Positions 51,633 through 64,000 of a DNA stretch of 64,000 nt are shown here, piece after piece. Source of the stretch: Rhynchobatus australiae. Lineage: Eukaryota. The number at the start of each line of letters is the position of its first letter. Within the stretch, counting starts at the first letter, position 1. The notes under the pieces were generated by a model. That model saw only the letters and a list, made by a program, of their open reading frames with translations, was not told the DNA's origin and did not search any database. A program made the position numbers and the translations under genes. The DNA lies in the NCBI GenBank assembly GCA_034780895.1, contig JAUZTB010003499.1:1-64000 (forward strand), read 5' to 3'.

Positions 51633-54600
51633 AGTTCTAATCTTGATAATTAGCATTTTCAGTTTTTTAACAATTAGTGCTAAAACTTTAGTTAATACTG
51701 AAGCTAATGTAGTTTTAAAAACAAATAGCCAAAATGAAAAAGAAAACACCCGTTTTTTTATTAAAGAAGATGGTATTAAAGATTATGAAATCGACAATTC
51801 CGAAGCCGTTGTGACTGAGAGCCAAAGATACCAAATTATTAATGATACGCAAAGCACTAATCAGTATTTAAAAATTTACAATTATCGCATCGGCTTAGAC
51901 TCAGAAGATAATAATTACTTTTATTATAAAATTGAGCTTAATAATGATTTTTATGTTAAGCCTTATGATTGAACACAAAAAAGTACTAATACTAAAGCTG
52001 GCGCTTTAGTCCATCATAAACTTAATAGCGCCATTTTAAAAAAAGTCATTAAAAAACAAAAAGACTATTTAAAAAATTTAAAATTTCGTGAAAGTACAAC
52101 TAAGGAAATTGTTGAAAATACAGTGCTAGTAAAAATTAATAAAGATACAAGGGCCAATTTTGAAGTCACCCTTGAGCACATTTTAAAAACTAAACTGAGT
52201 GGCTATCAAGCTTATTTAGACACACTTAGAAACAAAGTTATCGAGCTAACTTCTACTTGGCAAAATTTTAATTCACAAAGCCATCATCCGGAAATTGAAA
52301 TTGTTAATATTAAAAGAGAAATTGCTAATTTAATAGCAGCCATTACCGAGCATCATACGATTATCTGAGGCGACTTTGCAAAAGGTAATTTTACTTTTAA
52401 GGCTAATCTTTACAATCATATCGGCGACAATAAAGACACACATCGCTATTATTGATTTAAAGCTTCGGGCTGATATCATAGTAAGAATAATTACTTTAAA
52501 AACTTAAGTATTAAAAAGCGTATTAAATACATTTATCGCAAAAATCGCATTATTAGAGACAAATATCATTCTGAAGTTCCTCAAAAAGTAAGGGATTATT
52601 TCAAAGTCGAGCTTTTTCCCAAAATTTATTTTGCTACTAATAATACAGATAAAGAAACGCTTTACGTTAATGATCGCGAAATTAGCGTTTTAAATGACAT
52701 TTTTATTTACGATCTCGAAGAAAACGCTAATGCTGAAAAGGAAAAAGTAATTACCATTTATAATCGTCATAAAGAACTAATTTACCAAAAAAAATTTTCT
52801 AAAATTACTAATTCAGGACTTTTAAAGTATCGCCTTTGAGGCTGAAACCCAGACATTAATTTAGAACAGCGCAATCTTATTACGCCTTTTTTGGGCGAAC
52901 TCAAAAAAGAGCCTAATCCCCTTTATGATCCTTTAGTTAATCCCCTTAGTGGCTTAAAAAGTAAAATTATGTGAGCTAACTTTGAAGGCCTTAAGCATAA
53001 GCCCGATTTTATTAAATACAATGGTAATAATGTTTTAGAAGCTGGTGCCTTTTTGGAAGTCATTAAAACACATAAAGGAGTAGTTTTTCAGATTTCACAA
53101 AACACTAATTATTTTAGTATCAAGAAATTAGATTTAGCGACTAAAAGCTGACAATTAATTGAAGATCTTTTTAGTGCTGCTGATTTAAGCAAGCTTAAAG
53201 AAGACAATAACTTACACTTTTCTTATGAAGGCGTTTATCTTTTCACAATTAGCTCTGGAGTTAATCAAATCCAGAGATATTATTTATTTCAAATTGGCTC
53301 TGAAGCTTTTGATCTTGATAATGAGCTCAAACTAGTGCCTTGAAAAATTTCCCCTTATGGGCTTATTTTGCAAGAATTAGATAAAAAGCTAAAACTGGAA
53401 AAAATTGATTCAAACTTTAATTACTCTCAACTGATCGATTTTTGGCTCAACACCCTTTTAGCTTACATTAATAATAAAGAAAAGCATGAAAACGATTTAT
53501 TTTGGGAAATGACTTACAGTCATGAAGAGTTAGAAAACGCTTTACAACAAGGACGTTTAGAAAGAGTTTTAATGCCGAGTAATTATGGCGAAGAAGCTTG
53601 GGATTTTATTAAAAACGATGAGTTCAAAACTTTTTTAAACGTTGATCAAGATTATGATCAACAACACCTTTTCTTTTCTTATGGTGATTATAAACCTAAC
53701 ATTGAATACCATGTTCCTAAAATTAGCTGAAACGATATTAGAGACCATATCGCTACTGCTAAACATAATTGACCTAAAGGCCATAATCGCGACTTTAGCA
53801 AATTTTTGGACGATCAGAGCCAACCTTTATTTTATTTATATGCAACTAGATTGAGTGAAGTCGACTTTGGCTTAAACGTCATTTTAAAAACTTTAGATTT
53901 CAAATTACACCCTTTTTATTATTATCGGCGTTTGTATATTGATCCTGATTATGCTCCTGTTTCCCTAGAAGCACTAAAAGATTTTCAAGTTTTAGAAACA
54001 CAAGAAATTAATTTACAAGGTGCAACTTCGGAACACGAAATTCGCGAATTGCTCTTTGCTAAAATTGAAGCGCAACTGCTTGCTAATGAAATTCCTTTTA
54101 AATTAATTGATGTTAATTTTAGTCATGAAGATCTTAAAAAATGAACCCAAGTAGCTACTAATCAAGACATAATAAACAATTATGAGTACCATTTTCTTTT
54201 ACAAAACGATAATCAAAACGTTTTAGTTCCTTTTCGTTTAATAAATCATTTAGATAAAGACGTTTTTGTTGATAATATTGATCTTAGTCAAATTAGTAAA
54301 CTAGATTTTACTATTAGTGCTAATTCAGAGCAAGCCATAATTCAAGAAATTAAAGCGCAACTGAGCGCTTATTTAAAAGAGCACAATTTAGTTTATGGCT
54401 ATGATTTAGTAATTAAAGATTTTGATCAAATTTCGCTACAAAGTCAAAAAGACGGTAACTTTTCAGTACAGTTCACTTTACAAAACTTAAGTAATAATTT
54501 GGATCATCGTTTAGAAGTAGGCTTTAATAATAAGTTGCAAAACGAAAATTATCTTTTTGATTTTGCAGCCTTAAAAATTAGTGATCTTTATTTTGAAATT

Positions 54601-55032
54601 AATAATCATCAAGATTTAATTAGTGCCATTATTGAAAAAGTTAGTGAAACTTTAGCCAAAAAACAGCTTTATTATTTGCAAGACTATGAAATTTTGGATC
54701 TTTTTGACGTTGATAAAATTAATCAGCTTTTAAAAATGAGTACTACTAAATACAACCATCAAGTTTTCACTTTAGTAGCGCTTAATAATTCTGGCTTTAA
54801 CAATTTAAAAATTAATGTTTATAATAAAAATAAATCCGAAGTAAAAGCCTTAGTTCAAGAAATCGATAACCCTACGCGTGATTTCATTGAAGAAAAATTT
54901 ATTGAAACTAAAAAAGAGGCGAAAAAGTACAATTTTTTAGCTTATACAATTCCTTTAGTCATCTTAGCAACTTTTCTTTTGGCGCTTTTTATTAAATATT
55001 TATACCATCGTTTTAATAAAAAAGTGAGCTAA
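51604..55032 (+). CDS. Large surface protein of the ICE-like cluster (Mbov_0399-like), 1142 aa
   Basis: Single frame across TGA; N-terminal signal-like segment, C-terminal TM plus basic tail. Confidence 0.72.
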
Positions 55033-55851
55033 TTATTTTTGACAAACAGGACAATAATAAGTGCCGCGACCGTGCAGTTTGATTTTTTTGATGAGTTTAA
55101 AACAGCGCTCACATTGCTGATTTTGCTTACCGTGAATTTTTAAAAATTTTTGGTATTGGCCTTGTTTTTGATTAAGTGAAGCGTAACTATCGATTGTGCT
55201 GCCGCCTAATAAAGTAGAAGCGTCCATGATTTTGCTGGCGCTTTTTAATATTTTATTTAGCTTTGCTTTGCTAATTTGATTAGCTTGACGATCGGGTCTA
55301 ATTTTTGCCATTCACAAAGTTTCATTAACGTAAATATTGCCTAAGCCTAAAACCTTGCTCTGATCTAATAAAAAATTTTTAATGGCACGGCTACTTTTTT
55401 GCGCTTGCTTGTAAAAATCATTAAGATCAATTTGGGCCGGCTCTTGAGCTAATGATTTTAAAGGCTTTAGTTCTAAATAATTATCGCTTGAGCGTAAATA
55501 AAAAGTGCCAAATTGACGATAGTCTTGATAGTGCAGTTCAGAATTATCAGCAAAATAAAAAATAAGATGGGTGTGGGGCTCTAAAAGATCACGTCTTTTT
55601 TGATAAAAGGAATATTTTCCAGTCATTCTTAAATGCGAGAGCATCATTGTTTGCTCTAAATCAAAAACGATAAATTTACCTATATTAAATACCTTTCTAA
55701 CTTTTTGCTTTACAAGCGTTTTACTGAAAGTAATAGGATCAATTTCTTTAATTAATTTAGGCAGTCAAATTTCAACTTTAACAATCGTTTTATTTTTAAT
55801 TTTTTCATTAATCGCTTGCGAGGCGACACGCACTTCGGGAAGTTCAGGCAT
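55033..55851 (-). CDS. mutM: Formamidopyrimidine-DNA glycosylase
   Basis: MPELPEV, HLRMTG, GLGNIY, CERC...RGTYYCPVCQ. Confidence 0.96.
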
Positions 55852-55917
55852 ATTTTTAGTATATAAAGAATCACTTATTTTTCTTCAAGAAAGCGTTAAT
55901 AAATTAAAATTAAAGTT

Positions 55918-56778
55918 ATGGAAATTGCCATTATTGCAGAATACAATCCTTTTCATTACGGTCATCAATACCAGCTGCATACGATTAAAAAAGTTTTCCC
56001 TGAAGCTATTATTACTGTTTTTTTAGCTCAGGATTATTCCCAGCGCGGTGAATTTATTATTCAGTCTTATCAAGATCGCCAAGCTTGCGCTTTAAAAAAT
56101 GGTGCTGATTTTGTTTTGCCTTTAGCTAATCGTTTGGTTTTGCAAGGGGCACCTCACTTTGCTGAAAAAATTTTGCAATTTATTAAAGACAATAGCCAAA
56201 TTAAAACGCTAGTTTTTGGTTCTGAACTTAATGATTTAAAAAAACTACACGAATTTTTAAAAATTTTAGAAATTGAGAAAAAAAAAGAACTTTCCGGGCC
56301 AGCTAAAGCTAATAGCAATTCACTAAATTTTTTTCACTGAACTAAAGGACAAATTAGCGCTAATGATCTTTTGGCAATTCATTATTTACAAGCGAATCAA
56401 AAATTAGGTAACTACTTTCGCCTTGTTAGTTTAAAAAGAATTACTAACAAAAAAGAAAATAATTATTTTGTACGGGCTTCTTTAGTTCGTCAAGCGCTTT
56501 TAAAAAAACAAAATTACGGACTTTTGCCTTGTAAGTTAAAAGCTTTAAAAAGAAAAATCGACTATTTACACTTTCAAAGTTTAGTCATTAACTATCAGCC
56601 ACAATTAATTAATCAACACCAAAATTTTGAAAAAGGAATGGCAGAACTTTTTAAAAAACACATTTTTGCCAAAGATCTTGAAGCTTTTTTATCAAAAGTA
56701 ATAACCAAAAAATATCCGCGTGCTAAAATTTTGCGAGCCATTAATAGTTTAGTAGAAGGTTTTATTTGCGCACGATAA
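55918..56778 (+). CDS. tmcAL: HIGH-family nucleotidyltransferase (TmcAL-like)
   Basis: IIAEYNPFHYGH, QRGE, GADFVL, FGSE, ANDLLAIHY, ASLVR. Confidence 0.85.
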
Positions 56779-56992
56779 AGCCAGAAGCATGAGCGTTAAT
56801 TTCATATTCTCAGCCTTCATCGAGTAATAAATTTTCAATTTCAATAAACAAAGTACGGGTGCCAATGCCAGTAATGATTTCTAAAAAAGAAGCATTAGTT
56901 TGCTCAAAATATAAAAGCTTATTAAGAGTTTTAGCTACTGCTTCATTAGTGCTGCAACCGTGCAAATCTAAGACCATTTTTTTGGAATACAT
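56762..56992 (-). CDS. Stand-alone Smr domain protein
   Basis: LDLHG...EA, IITGIGT; extends through TGA to TAA at 56762. Confidence 0.8.
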
Positions 56993-57045
56993 AATAACAA
57001 ATAAATTTTAAAACTTTTTAGAAAAAAACTAAATATAATTAATTA

Positions 57046-57513
57046 ATGAAATTGTTTTGGGACTACAATTTAGCAACAAATGAGTGAAAATATTTGCGTC
57101 AAGAACGCTTTTATTTAATTTCTTTACTATATTCGCAATTTCTTCTCTCTGAAGAAATTGATTTAGAAAAAATCTTTAACACTGAAAAAGAATTATTGAG
57201 TCGCGAATATCGTAAAATAGTTGAAATTAAAGAAACTTTTAACTGGATTAAAAAACTTATTAGCGCTCATTTTAAAAAAGCTAATAACTGAGATAATTTA
57301 TTACCAATTATTAAGGCGATTCTCGTTTTTGGCGTTTATGAGATGAAAAAAATTGATCCCCCGATTGCTTTATCAGAAGCTATTGAAATTAGTAAATATT
57401 TAATTCGTCCCCAGGAAACCAAAATGATAAATGCCATTTTAGACAAAATTAGTAAATTAATTGAAGGCACTAATGAAACAAAAAGAGTTAATCAAACGCT
57501 TGAAGAAAAGTAA
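57046..57513 (+). CDS. nusB: Transcription antitermination factor NusB
   Basis: WDNLLPIIKAIL..GVYE, IALSEAIEISK, MINAILDK. Confidence 0.85.
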
Positions 57514-57925
57514 TAACTATCTAGCTTTTAGTAATTTTTACTTACAAAAACGCCGTTTTTTTCAAATTTATTGAGCCTTAGAGCCATTTTTAAAAAGCGC
57601 TGCTGATTTTGCAACCATTTTACAAATTGAATTAACTTTTTTTACAATTTTAAAAGTTAATTTAAAAGAATTGGAAGTTTTTATTAAAACTTTAATTAAG
57701 CCAGAACTAAAAGATGCTGCTTGAGAAGATTTTCTTAAAAGCTTAAGTTATCGTTTTGCTAATATTTCTGAAGAAATTAAACCTTCATTAATAAAATCAG
57801 CTTTATGAATTAAAAACACCGAAAAGAAAAATTACCATCTTCATAGGTTTATGGAATCTTTAATTGCCTTAGATTTAAACAACAATTATTATTATCGAAA
57901 GTTTTTAAATGCGTTTAATTACTAA
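57473..57925 (+). CDS. Hypothetical protein (150 aa), absent from ORF track
   Basis: Open frame with TGA=Trp, overlapping the nusB end and the tlyA start. Confidence 0.7.
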
Positions 57926-58646
57926 ATTAATTTCACTAAATTATGAAAAGAAACAAGCACAAGGATTAATTATGAGTGGTCAAGTTTTTGTTAATCAAGA
58001 AAAAGTCGTTTTTCCTAATTTCTTAGTTAAAGCAGAAGACAAAATTTTTATCCAGGAAAAGGAAAAATGAGTTTCTCGTGGCGCTTATAAACTTTTAGAA
58101 GCGCAGGCAAAATTTGCAATCGATTTTAAAAATAAAATCGTTTTAGACATAGGCGCATCTACTGGCGGCTTTAGCCAAGTCGCGCTACATTATGGAGCGC
58201 AAAAAGTTTATACTTGCGATGTTGGCACTAATCAATTAGCGTATTCTTTAAGATCTCATCCGCAGACAGTAGTTTTTGAAAAAACCCATTTTAAAAATTT
58301 AGAACTTAGTTTTTTTAAAGAAAAAGTTGATTTTGTAATTGCTGATCTTTCTTTTATTTCGCTTAAAAAATTAGTCGCTTTTTTAGTAACTTTTTTTCCT
58401 TATCGCAGCCAGTTTTATTTTTTGTTTAAGCCCCAATTTGAAGCTCCCAAAAACTTAGTTAAAAAAGGCGGTTTTGTGCCCCTAAGTTTGCACCAGCAAC
58501 TCTTAGCAGATTTTGCTAATTATTTAAAAAAATGAGGACTTTATATTAGCAAACAATTGCAATGTCAAACCAAAGGACTTAAAAGTTTAAATCAAGAATA
58601 CTTTTTAGAAATTAAATGAAAGGATAATAATGTTTCAAGTTCATAA
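57909..58646 (+). CDS. tlyA: TlyA family rRNA methyltransferase
   Basis: S4-like LIMSGQVFVN, VSRGAYKL, LDIGASTGGF, DVGTNQL, DLSFISL, KPQFE. Confidence 0.93.
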
Positions 58647-59775
58647 AATTAGAGAACTTTTTCCTTTAAGTAAAAAAATTGTTTATTTTGATAATGCCGC
58701 TGGCTCATTAAAACCAATCACAATGCTAAAAAAAATTGAAGAATATTTTTACAATTACAGTGTTTCCACAAGAACTAGCGAAACAAAAATGGCTAATTGA
58801 TTACAAATACAACTAGATTCTTTACGTTCTAAAGTAGCACTTCTTGTTGCTTGCCAAAAAGAAGAAGTAATTTTTACTTCAGGAGCAACTGAGTCTTTGA
58901 ATTTAATTATCCAAATGGCAGCACAAATTTTAAAACCAGGCGATGAAGTCATCATCGCTTATAACAATCATTCATCAAACGTTGCCCCTTGATATCTTTT
59001 ACGCCAAGAAATTGGTATTAAACTAATTATTAGCGAAACGATTTTAGATGATATTAGCGACAAAACTAAAATCATTGCCCTTTCACAAAAATCTAACAAT
59101 TTTAAAAATCTTTTTGACTATCAAAAAGTTGCTAAAATAGCGCAAGCAAAAAAGATTTTTTTGCTCAATGATGCAGCCCAAGCGATTAATTACCAAAAAG
59201 TTTCCTTAAAAACTTGCGATGCCATTACTCTAAGTGCTAATAAAATGTTTGGTCCTACGGGAGTCGGTTTTTTGATTTTAAAAAAAAGCTGAATGGATCT
59301 TTTGAAACCAGTAAAAGTTGGTGGCGGCAGCATTGTTGCAATGGATTTAGACAACTTATTTTTCCAAAAAAACTTTGCCAAATTTGAAAGTGGAACTTTA
59401 AATTTACAAAACTTAGTTGCCACCCATGCTGGTCTTGATTTTTTAGCGCAAAACTTTAAGCCCGAAACTTTAAAACATTTAGAAAATCTTAGTAATTATC
59501 TTTGGCAAAAATTAGAAAAACTACAAGAACACAAATTTGAAATTATCCAAAAAGGCGAAATTTTTCTTTTAAGCTTTAAAGATTATGATGCCCAAGACGT
59601 TGCTAGTTATTTAGGTGTTCACAACATTTATGCAAGAAGTGGTAAATTTTGTGCTTTTTTAAGTTGTAAAAGCCAATCACTTTTACGACTTTCACTAAGT
59701 TATTACAACACTTTTGAAGAAATTGATTATTTAATTCAAGTTTTGAAAAAAACTAATGATTTTTTAGTAATATAA
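58630..59775 (+). CDS. sufS: Cysteine desulfurase (SufS-like)
   Basis: YFDNAAGSLKP, FTSGATESLN, DAAQ, SANKMFGPTGVG, RSGKFCA. Confidence 0.9.
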
Positions 59776-59885
59776 AAATTTTGCTACTTAAAAACTAAAA
59801 AAGCCTTTTTAGCGTTAAAATTTCAATTAAAGTTAGTTTTTTAGTAATTTTACGTTAATAAACAATTTACTAAGGAGGCTTAATA

Positions 59886-60296
59886 ATGCTTTATGATGAA
59901 AGAAAAAAACGACAAATTATTATGGAACATTATCGCAATCCGGTAACTGCTAATCCTAATTTAAAAGCTCAAGATTTAGAAACACTTTATTCAACGAGCT
60001 GCGCTGATGTTTTAAAAATTAAAAAAACTTGAAAAGACGATGTCTTAGTAAAAGTGGAAACACAAATGCAAGGTTGCGCTATTTTTAAAGCTAGCGCTGA
60101 TCTTTTTGCACAATTAATTGAAGGCAAAAAGCGCCAAGAAATTAATCAGTTAAAAAGCTATTACTTAGCTTTTTTAAATGGTGATCAAAAACATCTAGAA
60201 AAACTAGAGCGCTTAACGGTTTTTGCTAATGTTAAAAAACAGTTAAGCCGCTTACAATGCGCTGCTTTAATTACCCAAGCTTTTGAAGAACTTTAA
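59886..60296 (+). CDS. sufU: SufU/NifU-like sulfur transfer protein
   Basis: IMEHYRNP, SCAD, GCAIFKAS, RLQCA. Confidence 0.88.
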
Positions 60297-60345
60297 ATAA
60301 AAGTTTTGTTTCTTTAATTAATAAATTACTAATATAATAAAAAAT

Positions 60346-62301
60346 ATGTCTACTAAATTAGAAAATAGTGTCAATTTAGAAAATAGTGGCACTTATGAAA
60401 TTGCTAATATTCAAGTTTTAGAAGGTCTTGAAGCCGTTCGTAAACGTCCTGGTATGTATATTGGAAGTACCGATAGTAAAGGTTTACACCATTTAGTTTG
60501 AGAAATTCTCGATAATGCTATTGATGAAGTTTTAGCCGGTAAGGCCTCATTATTAAAAGTTACTTTAACAAAAGCAAACAGTATTATCATTGAAGACAAT
60601 GGCCGCGGCATTCCTATTGGTAAGCACCAAAGCGGGCGCAGTGGCGTAGAATTAGTTTTTAGCGAATTGCATGCTGGTGGTAAATTTGATGGTAAGTCTT
60701 ATAAAGCGGCAGCCGGTTTACACGGCGTTGGCGCTTCGGTAGTTAATGCCCTTTCGGAAAATGTCAAAGTTACTGTTTATAAAAAAGGTTATGAATATTA
60801 CACCGAATTTTTTAATGGCGGAGAAATTAAAAGAAGCACTTATAAAGTTGGGCCTACTAATAAAAAAGGCACTAAAATTGAATTTTTGCCTAATTATCAA
60901 ATTTTTAAATTTAGTAAATTTAGCGCGCCACTAATTTCTGAGCGTTTACAACAATCAGCTTTTTTAAACAGCAAATTAAAAATTTTCTTTAAAGACGAAA
61001 AACAAAAAACTAGCGAAACTTACGCTTATACTCAAGGCTTGGAGTCATATTTAAAATTTATGACTAATTCTAAAAAAACAATTACTAAAATTGTTAATTT
61101 TAGTGACACTAAAAAGAATATTAAAGTAGATTGCTCTTTTCAGTGAACTGAAGACTATAACGAAACCATTTTAAGTTTTGTTAATAACGTTAAAACTAGT
61201 GATGGCGGCAGCCATGTTAATGGCTTAAAAACGAGTTTTACTAAAACTTTTAATGAATGAATTAATGAAAAAATTAACACTAAAAAAATAAATTACGAAG
61301 GCGAAGACGTTCGTGAAGGCTTAATTATTATTTTAGCTTTACAAATTCCGGAAAAATATTTAGAATTTGTCGGCCAAACTAAAGACAAATTAGGAACTCC
61401 CGAAGCTAAAAACGTAGTTGAAGAAATCATTAGTGAAAAATTAAGGTTTTGATTAATTGAAAACAATCAAGAAGCTAATAAAATTTACGAAAAAATTAAA
61501 AAAGCGCACGAATCACGCCTTGCCGCTCGTAAGGCGCGTAAAGAAGCGCGTGCGGTTAAAAGTCGCATTAAAGAAAAACCTTTACTCTCAGGAAAACTAA
61601 CGCCTGCGCAGAGTAAAAATCCTTTAGAAAAAGAAATTTTTTTAGTCGAGGGCGACTCTGCCGGAGGCAGCGCTAAAGCGGGGCGCGATCGCTATTACCA
61701 AGCTATTTTACCGCTACGCGGTAAAGTTATTAATAGCGAAAAAGCACGTTTAGTGGAAATTTTAAAAAATGAAGAAATTATGACCATTATTAACACTTTA
61801 AACACTGGTATTGGTGAAGATTTTGACATTAAAAATTTAAAATACCACAAAATTATTATTATGACTGATGCCGATACCGATGGCGCCCATATTCAAATTT
61901 TATTGTTAACCTTTTTTTTCCGTTATATGCGTGAGCTCATTGTGCAAGGTAAAATTTATATTGCCTTGCCTCCTTTATACAAAATCACGCTCAAACAAAA
62001 ACAAAAAGAAATTGTTTATGCCTGAGACGAAAAAGAATTAGAAACTTTAGTGCTAAATAAAAAATACGAACTACAACGTTATAAAGGTTTAGGAGAAATG
62101 AATGCTGAGCAACTCTGAGAAACAACTATGGATCCTAAAAAAAGACAATTAATTAAAGTTAGTATTAACGATCTTGCCTTAGCCGAAAGAAGAGTTAGCA
62201 CCTTAATGGGAACTAATGCCGAACTGCGCAAAACTTGAATTAGCGAAAATGTAAATTTCGAAAATCAAGATTTTTTCACTTTGAAAGTTCAAAATGGCTA
62301 A
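60346..62301 (+). CDS. parE: DNA topoisomerase IV subunit B
   Basis: [47 protein letters not shown]. Confidence 0.92.
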
Positions 62302-64000
62302 AAACAAAAGGCAAGAGCAAACTTTTTTGCGCCAGGAACTTAATGAAATTATTAGCGAAAGATTCGCGCGTTATTCTAAATACATTATCCAAGAAAGAGC
62401 CTTACCAGATTTACGTGATGGGCTAAAACCAGTGCAAAGACGCATTTTGTATTCAATGCACGATTTAAATTTGTACCATAATCAAGCTTATAAAAAATCA
62501 GCGCGTATTGTTGGTGATGTAATCGGAAAATATCATCCCCACGGTGATAGTTCTATTTATGAAGCTATGGTGCGCATGGCCCAAGGGTGGAAAATGGCTT
62601 ATCCTTTAGTCGATATGCACGGTAATATTGGCTCTATTGATGATGATCCGAGTGCGGCAATGCGTTATACCGAAACGCGTCTAGCCAAAATTAGTAATTT
62701 ATTATTAGCAGGCATTAACAAAAAAATCGTTCCTTTTACTAAAAATTTTGATGATAGTGAAATGGAACCTATATTTTTACCAGCTTTATTGCCCAATTTA
62801 TTAATGAATGGCGCTAAAGGAATTGCGGCTGGCTTTGCCACAGAAATGCCGCCTCATAATTTAGGTGAACTTTTAAAAGCGGCCATCATTTTAATTAAAA
62901 ATCCTTATGCCACTTTAAAAAAACTAATGAAAGTAATTAAAGGACCCGATTTTCCTTTAGGGGGCATTATTTATGGCGAACAAGGCATTATTGATGCTTT
63001 TAAGCTAGGGCGCGGTAAAATCATTATCGCTAGTAAATGAAAATTAGTTGAAGCGGCGCAATTTAGTGAAATCATTATTAGTGAAATTCCTTATGGCGTG
63101 ATCAAAGCAAAACTAATTTATGAAATTGCTGATTTAGCTTATCGGCAAAAACTAAACATTATTTTAGACGTTTTGGACATGTCCGATCGTCAAGGCATTG
63201 AAATTTTAATTAAAATTAAAAAAGAAACTAATGCCGCTGAACTAATGGAATATTTATTTGCCAAAACGAGTTTGCAAATTGCTTACAATTACAATAACAT
63301 CGTGATTCAAAATGGCTATCCTGTTTTATTAAATTTAGGCCAACTTTTAAGTGCTTATGTTGAACATTTAAAAAAAATGCAACGGGCTAGTTTAAATTAC
63401 GATTATGAAAAAGCGCAAAAGCGTTTTGAAATCGTTAGTGGTTTTTTAAAGGCAAGTAGTATTGTTAATGATATTATCGCACTCATTCAAAAAACTCAAG
63501 GCACTAAAGCGCAAGTAATTGAAAATTTAAAAAAGGCTTTTAGTTTTAGTCAAAGACAAGCGCAAGCGATTGCCGAAATGCGCCTTTATCGTTTATCAAA
63601 TACTGATTTTGAAGCTTTTAAAAAAGAAAAAGAAAGCTTAAGTGAAGAAATTGCTTATCTAAAAGATTTATTAAACAATGCCAAAAGTTTTGAAAAATAT
63701 TTAATTGCTTTTTTACAATCTTTAAAAGCTTATTGCTTACCACGCAAAACTTTAATAGTAGCTCAGAGTCTTAAAATGCGCGCGCAGTTGCAAAATATTA
63801 TTGAGCACCAAAAGGTGAAGGTAACTTTAAGTGAAAACGGTTATTTAAAAAGAACTTCCTTAAAAAGTTTTGCCCAAAATAGTTTTAGCGATTTTAAATT
63901 AAAAGACAACGATCGCCTCTTTTTTTATCAAGAATTAAGTACTAAGCAAGTATTATTAATTACAACTTCACACGGGCGCATGGTTTTGTGCCCCATTTTT
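62294..64000 (+). CDS. parC: DNA topoisomerase IV subunit A (runs off window end)
   Basis: [43 protein letters not shown]. Confidence 0.92.

Noticed and set aside
47732-55032. Call as an active mobile element (ICE)
   Set aside because: No recombinase, relaxase, coupling protein or boundary repeats visible
58630-60296. sufS-sufU without sufBCD
   Set aside because: Common arrangement in mycoplasmas, likely for tRNA thiolation
60346-64000. gyrB/gyrA assignment
   Set aside because: [12 protein letters not shown] and [14 protein letters not shown] fit ParE/ParC of Firmicutes and Mollicutes better

Overview
AT-rich bacterial chromosome segment that uses genetic code 4 (TGA=Trp), so it comes from a Mollicute. 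Gene content fits a hominis-group mycoplasma. The supplied ORF track is split at TGA codons. Reading through them gives about 53 intact genes; I found no rRNA, tRNA, CRISPR or IS element. Most genes are housekeeping (ktrB, lysS, ppa, pyk, eno, pepO, rsmE, manA, glyQS, dnaG, rpoD, holA, pncB, plsY, hslO, rbgA, trmL, ffh, mutM, nusB, tlyA, sufS/sufU, parE/parC). Accessory content: (1) a 4-TM membrane protein ending in a clear dsRNA-binding-motif pattern; (2) a seven-gene type 3 F1-like ATPase cluster with an oversized repeat-containing surface subunit, a tailed beta subunit and no adjacent MIB-MIP; (3) comEA-comEC; (4) an intact four-gene pilin/VirB6-like/VirB4/large-surface-protein cluster with no integrase, relaxase or coupling protein, whose upstream region shares a motif with comEA (possible domesticated DNA-transfer or uptake machine); (5) a degenerate GH13 protein; (6) a duplicated small membrane protein; (7) a heptad-repeat coiled-coil protein. 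All calls come from manual translation and motif recognition; no database search was run.
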